Below are positions 59,664-64,000 of a stretch of DNA of 64,000 bases, in pieces (position 1 is the first letter of the stretch; each line of letters opens with the position of its first letter). The stretch spans positions 1-64,000 of the forward strand of contig JBEKIW010000003.1 of NCBI GenBank assembly GCA_050011565.1, in the 5' to 3' direction. This DNA comes from Dehalococcoidia bacterium. Lineage in GTDB: Bacteria; Chloroflexota; Dehalococcoidia; GIF9; UBA5629. The notes beneath the pieces were generated by a model. The model was not told where the DNA came from and ran no database searches. It worked only from the letters and a program-made list of their open reading frames with translations. The position numbers and the translations under genes were made by a program.

Positions 59664-59769
59664 TGTCATTGCGAGGCACGAAGTGCCGTGGCAATCTCGG
59701 TGGTGAGCAATGAGATTGCCACGCGGAGTTTATCCTGAGCGGAGATTCTTCGCTTCGCTCAGAATGACA
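59664..59769. repeat. Nested TGTCATTGCGAG...GCAATCTC palindromic element
   Basis: tgtcattgcgagg...gtggcaatctc...gagattgccacg...cagaatgaca. Confidence 0.75.
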
Positions 59770-59844
59770 GTTGCGAAGGGCTCGCAAAGACATGCTGAGC
59801 TGCCAAAATACCCCCAAATAACTATACGTAAGCAAAAGGATATT

Positions 59845-59881
59845 AAAAAGGGCGGGGTTAATCTATGCTAAGCCCCGCCCT
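59845..59881 (-). terminator. Intrinsic terminator after clpC
   Basis: agggcgggg...ccccgccct stem with a T run on the minus strand. Confidence 0.8.
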
Positions 59882-59920
59882 GAGTAGAATCAGACTATCG
59901 ATAAGCCGAAATCAAAAGGT

Positions 59921-62404
<2,484 letters not shown>

Positions 62405-62548
62405 ATCTATCCTTGTTCTTCATGCTTTGCTCTCTGGGTGTGTTTAGTTGAATTATAGGACGTTTAATTTGGTGTGTCAAAGCTTCGGGATATTTGGGAT
62501 ATTGAGTGTTGCAGTTAGAATTCCTGATTTCAGGGAACTTAGAGAAAC

Positions 62549-62668
62549 CCCCTGGCAGTGGCATATTTTCCCAAAGAGTTGCCTCCCTAGTATCGTCTGC
62601 GCTGAGGCGTTTCACTGCCGTGTTCGGGATGGGAACGGGTGGTGCCACCTCGCTCTAACCACCAGAGG
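62549..62668 (-). rRNA. rrf: 5S ribosomal RNA (stand-alone)
   Basis: Minus strand has CACCCGUUCCCAUCCCGAACACGGCAGUGAAACG...GAUACU...GGGAAAAUAUG; termini pair (CCUCUGG / CCAGGGG). Confidence 0.95.
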
Positions 62669-62683
62669 ATTCAATCTGGAAAT

Positions 62684-62712
62684 AATATACAGCTAAAAGG
62701 CATTTTTGTCAA
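62684..62712 (-). promoter_or_regulatory. Sigma70 promoter for the 5S gene
   Basis: TTGACA-N17-TATATT ending about 15 nt before the 5S 5' end. Confidence 0.75.
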
Positions 62713-62790
62713 ATGTAGCTTCGACTTGACGATAAAGACAGCCGATGCTATTCTTATGGTCAAACCCGAAACTCTAAGCGAGGTATAGAA

Positions 62791-63126
62791 TTGAATTACG
62801 AACGTGAATTACTCAAAGGCAGCACTGACAGTTTGCTTCTCAGTTTGATTAATCGCCAGACGACTTATGGTTATAAAATCATAAAAGAGCTGGAAAAAAG
62901 AAGCAACGGCTATTTCCAGTTCAAGGAAGGTACTCTGTATCCGGCTTTGCACCGACTGGAAAAAGCCGGGCTTCTGCAGGGTAAATGGCAACGACTGCCC
63001 GGCGGCCAGGAAAGGCGCTACTACTACATCACACCGAAGGGGCAAAAGGCGCTGGCTGAAAGGCTGGCTGTGTGGCAGGACTTTTCCACCGCCGTGGCTT
63101 TAATCGTACAACCAACAATCGGTTAA
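62791..63126 (+). CDS. PadR-family regulator (short type)
   Basis: ELLKG, YGY.II, EGTLYPALHRLE, RRYY.IT. Confidence 0.93.
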   Translation: MNYERELLKGSTDSLLLSLINRQTTYGYKIIKELEKRSNGYFQFKEGTLYPALHRLEKAGLLQGKWQRLPGGQERRYYYITPKGQKALAERLAVWQDFSTAVALIVQPTIG

Positions 63127-63131
63127 CGGCA

Positions 63132-64000
63132 ATGCCGGCTAACTCTAATTACACCGACAGGGTCAAAAGCCATCTAAGGCTTGATACCACTATCGAAAGC
63201 GATGTGGTACGTGAAATACGTACACACCTTGAAGACAAAAGACACGAATTAATAGAATCAGGAATCTCCGAAAGACAGGCAACCGCTATCGCCACCAGGG
63301 TCATGGGTTCCCCCGAACTTGTGGCCCGCCAAATATACGAAGTATACAGTCAGGGAAGCTGGCTTCAAGCTATCTTCGCCGCTTTGCCCCATCTACTGGT
63401 TGCAGCATTTTTCGCTCTGCACTGGTGGCAAAACACCTTCTGGCTGCTAGGAATCTTAATTGCCGTTGTTGGCACGGTGCTTTATGGCTGGTTTCACGGC
63501 AAGCCGGCATGGCTTTTCCCCTGGCTGGGCTACTGCCTGCTGCCGGTGATGGCCGTTGGCATTCTACTTATATATTTACCCGGTGGTTGGGCCTGGCTGG
63601 CTGCCTCTGCCTACATTCCCCTGGCTCTCATAATCATATTCTCGGTAACCAAAAAAATTACCAGAAAAGACTGGGTATTTGCCTCAGTAATGTTGCTTCC
63701 CATACCCATAATGCTGGGCTGGATTCTGGCGCTGTGGATGCTGGCGCTGGAACGTCAGAATGGTTTTTTATCTCACGAGCAGCTTTATGAGTTTGCCCCT
63801 CTGATCGCATTAAGCTTCGCAGCACTGGCGCTGACCGTGGCCGCATTCATTCGCGTCAGGCAGCGCTGGGCCAAAGTTGGCGTTCTATTGACGCTGGAAA
63901 TATTCGTCTTAGTCATAGTGGCTTTGGGCGGCAAGAGCTCAATTAACCTGGGCGGCTGGGTGGGCCTTGTTTTGCTAGCCGTAATACTTCTGCTCGGCCC
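63132..64000 (+). CDS. Multi-TM protein with N-terminal HAAS/permease-prefix domain, partial
   Basis: ATG 5 nt after padR; MPANSNYTDRVKSHL...EIRTHLED...G.SE..A...A...MGSPELVA, then TM helices; open to the window end. Confidence 0.85.
   Translation, partial: MPANSNYTDRVKSHLRLDTTIESDVVREIRTHLEDKRHELIESGISERQATAIATRVMGSPELVARQIYEVYSQGSWLQAIFAALPHLLVAAFFALHWWQNTFWLLGILIAVVGTVLYGWFHGKPAWLFPWLGYCLLPVMAVGILLIYLPGGWAWLAASAYIPLALIIIFSVTKKITRKDWVFASVMLLPIPIMLGWILALWMLALERQNGFLSHEQLYEFAPLIALSFAALALTVAAFIRVRQRWAKVGVLLTLEIFVLVIVALGGKSSINLGGWVGLVLLAVILLLG

Noticed and set aside
59569-59835. 88-aa ORF upstream of radA
   Set aside because: It is the translation of a palindromic repeat (CHSERSEES, PRND), with no independent support

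Overview
Bacterial chromosomal segment, inferred to be Chloroflexota (Dehalococcoidia-like) from gene content and protein style; this is not proven. Housekeeping backbone: cobB, birA, nfeD/SPFH, hisZ-hisG-hisD-hisC-hisB, ctpA, rnpB, rnhA, bioY, groESL with a CIRCE element, tsaD, pdxST, tmk-mnmA-rnhB-yraN, msrAB, gatB-secG and clpC-radA-ispD-ispF-cysE-cysS. The most notable signals are seven. (1) A 3.35-kb low-GC cargo-carrying IS6-like element (27067-30411) with 21-bp TIRs and a CCTTCAG duplication, inserted in the loop of a GTAG-type REP hairpin and carrying a putative HEPN RNase and a 2-TM protein. (2) Four separate loci where an intact gene is accompanied by a displaced, diverged relic of one of its own ends (three 3' ends, one 5' end), in three cases bracketing accessory genes with no integrase. 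(3) A HisG made of two fused, complementarily degenerate catalytic domains. (4) A stand-alone 5S rRNA gene with its own promoter upstream of clpC. (5) A NiCo/czcD riboswitch with terminator before a CDF exporter. (6) Cys-rich repeat and Ig-like surface proteins, a TM-anchored KAP NTPase and an unannotated Lys/Arg-rich small ORF behind the sirtuin. (7) Several families of short palindromic repeats and many apparently leaderless genes. All calls come from reading the sequence by eye; no searches were run.
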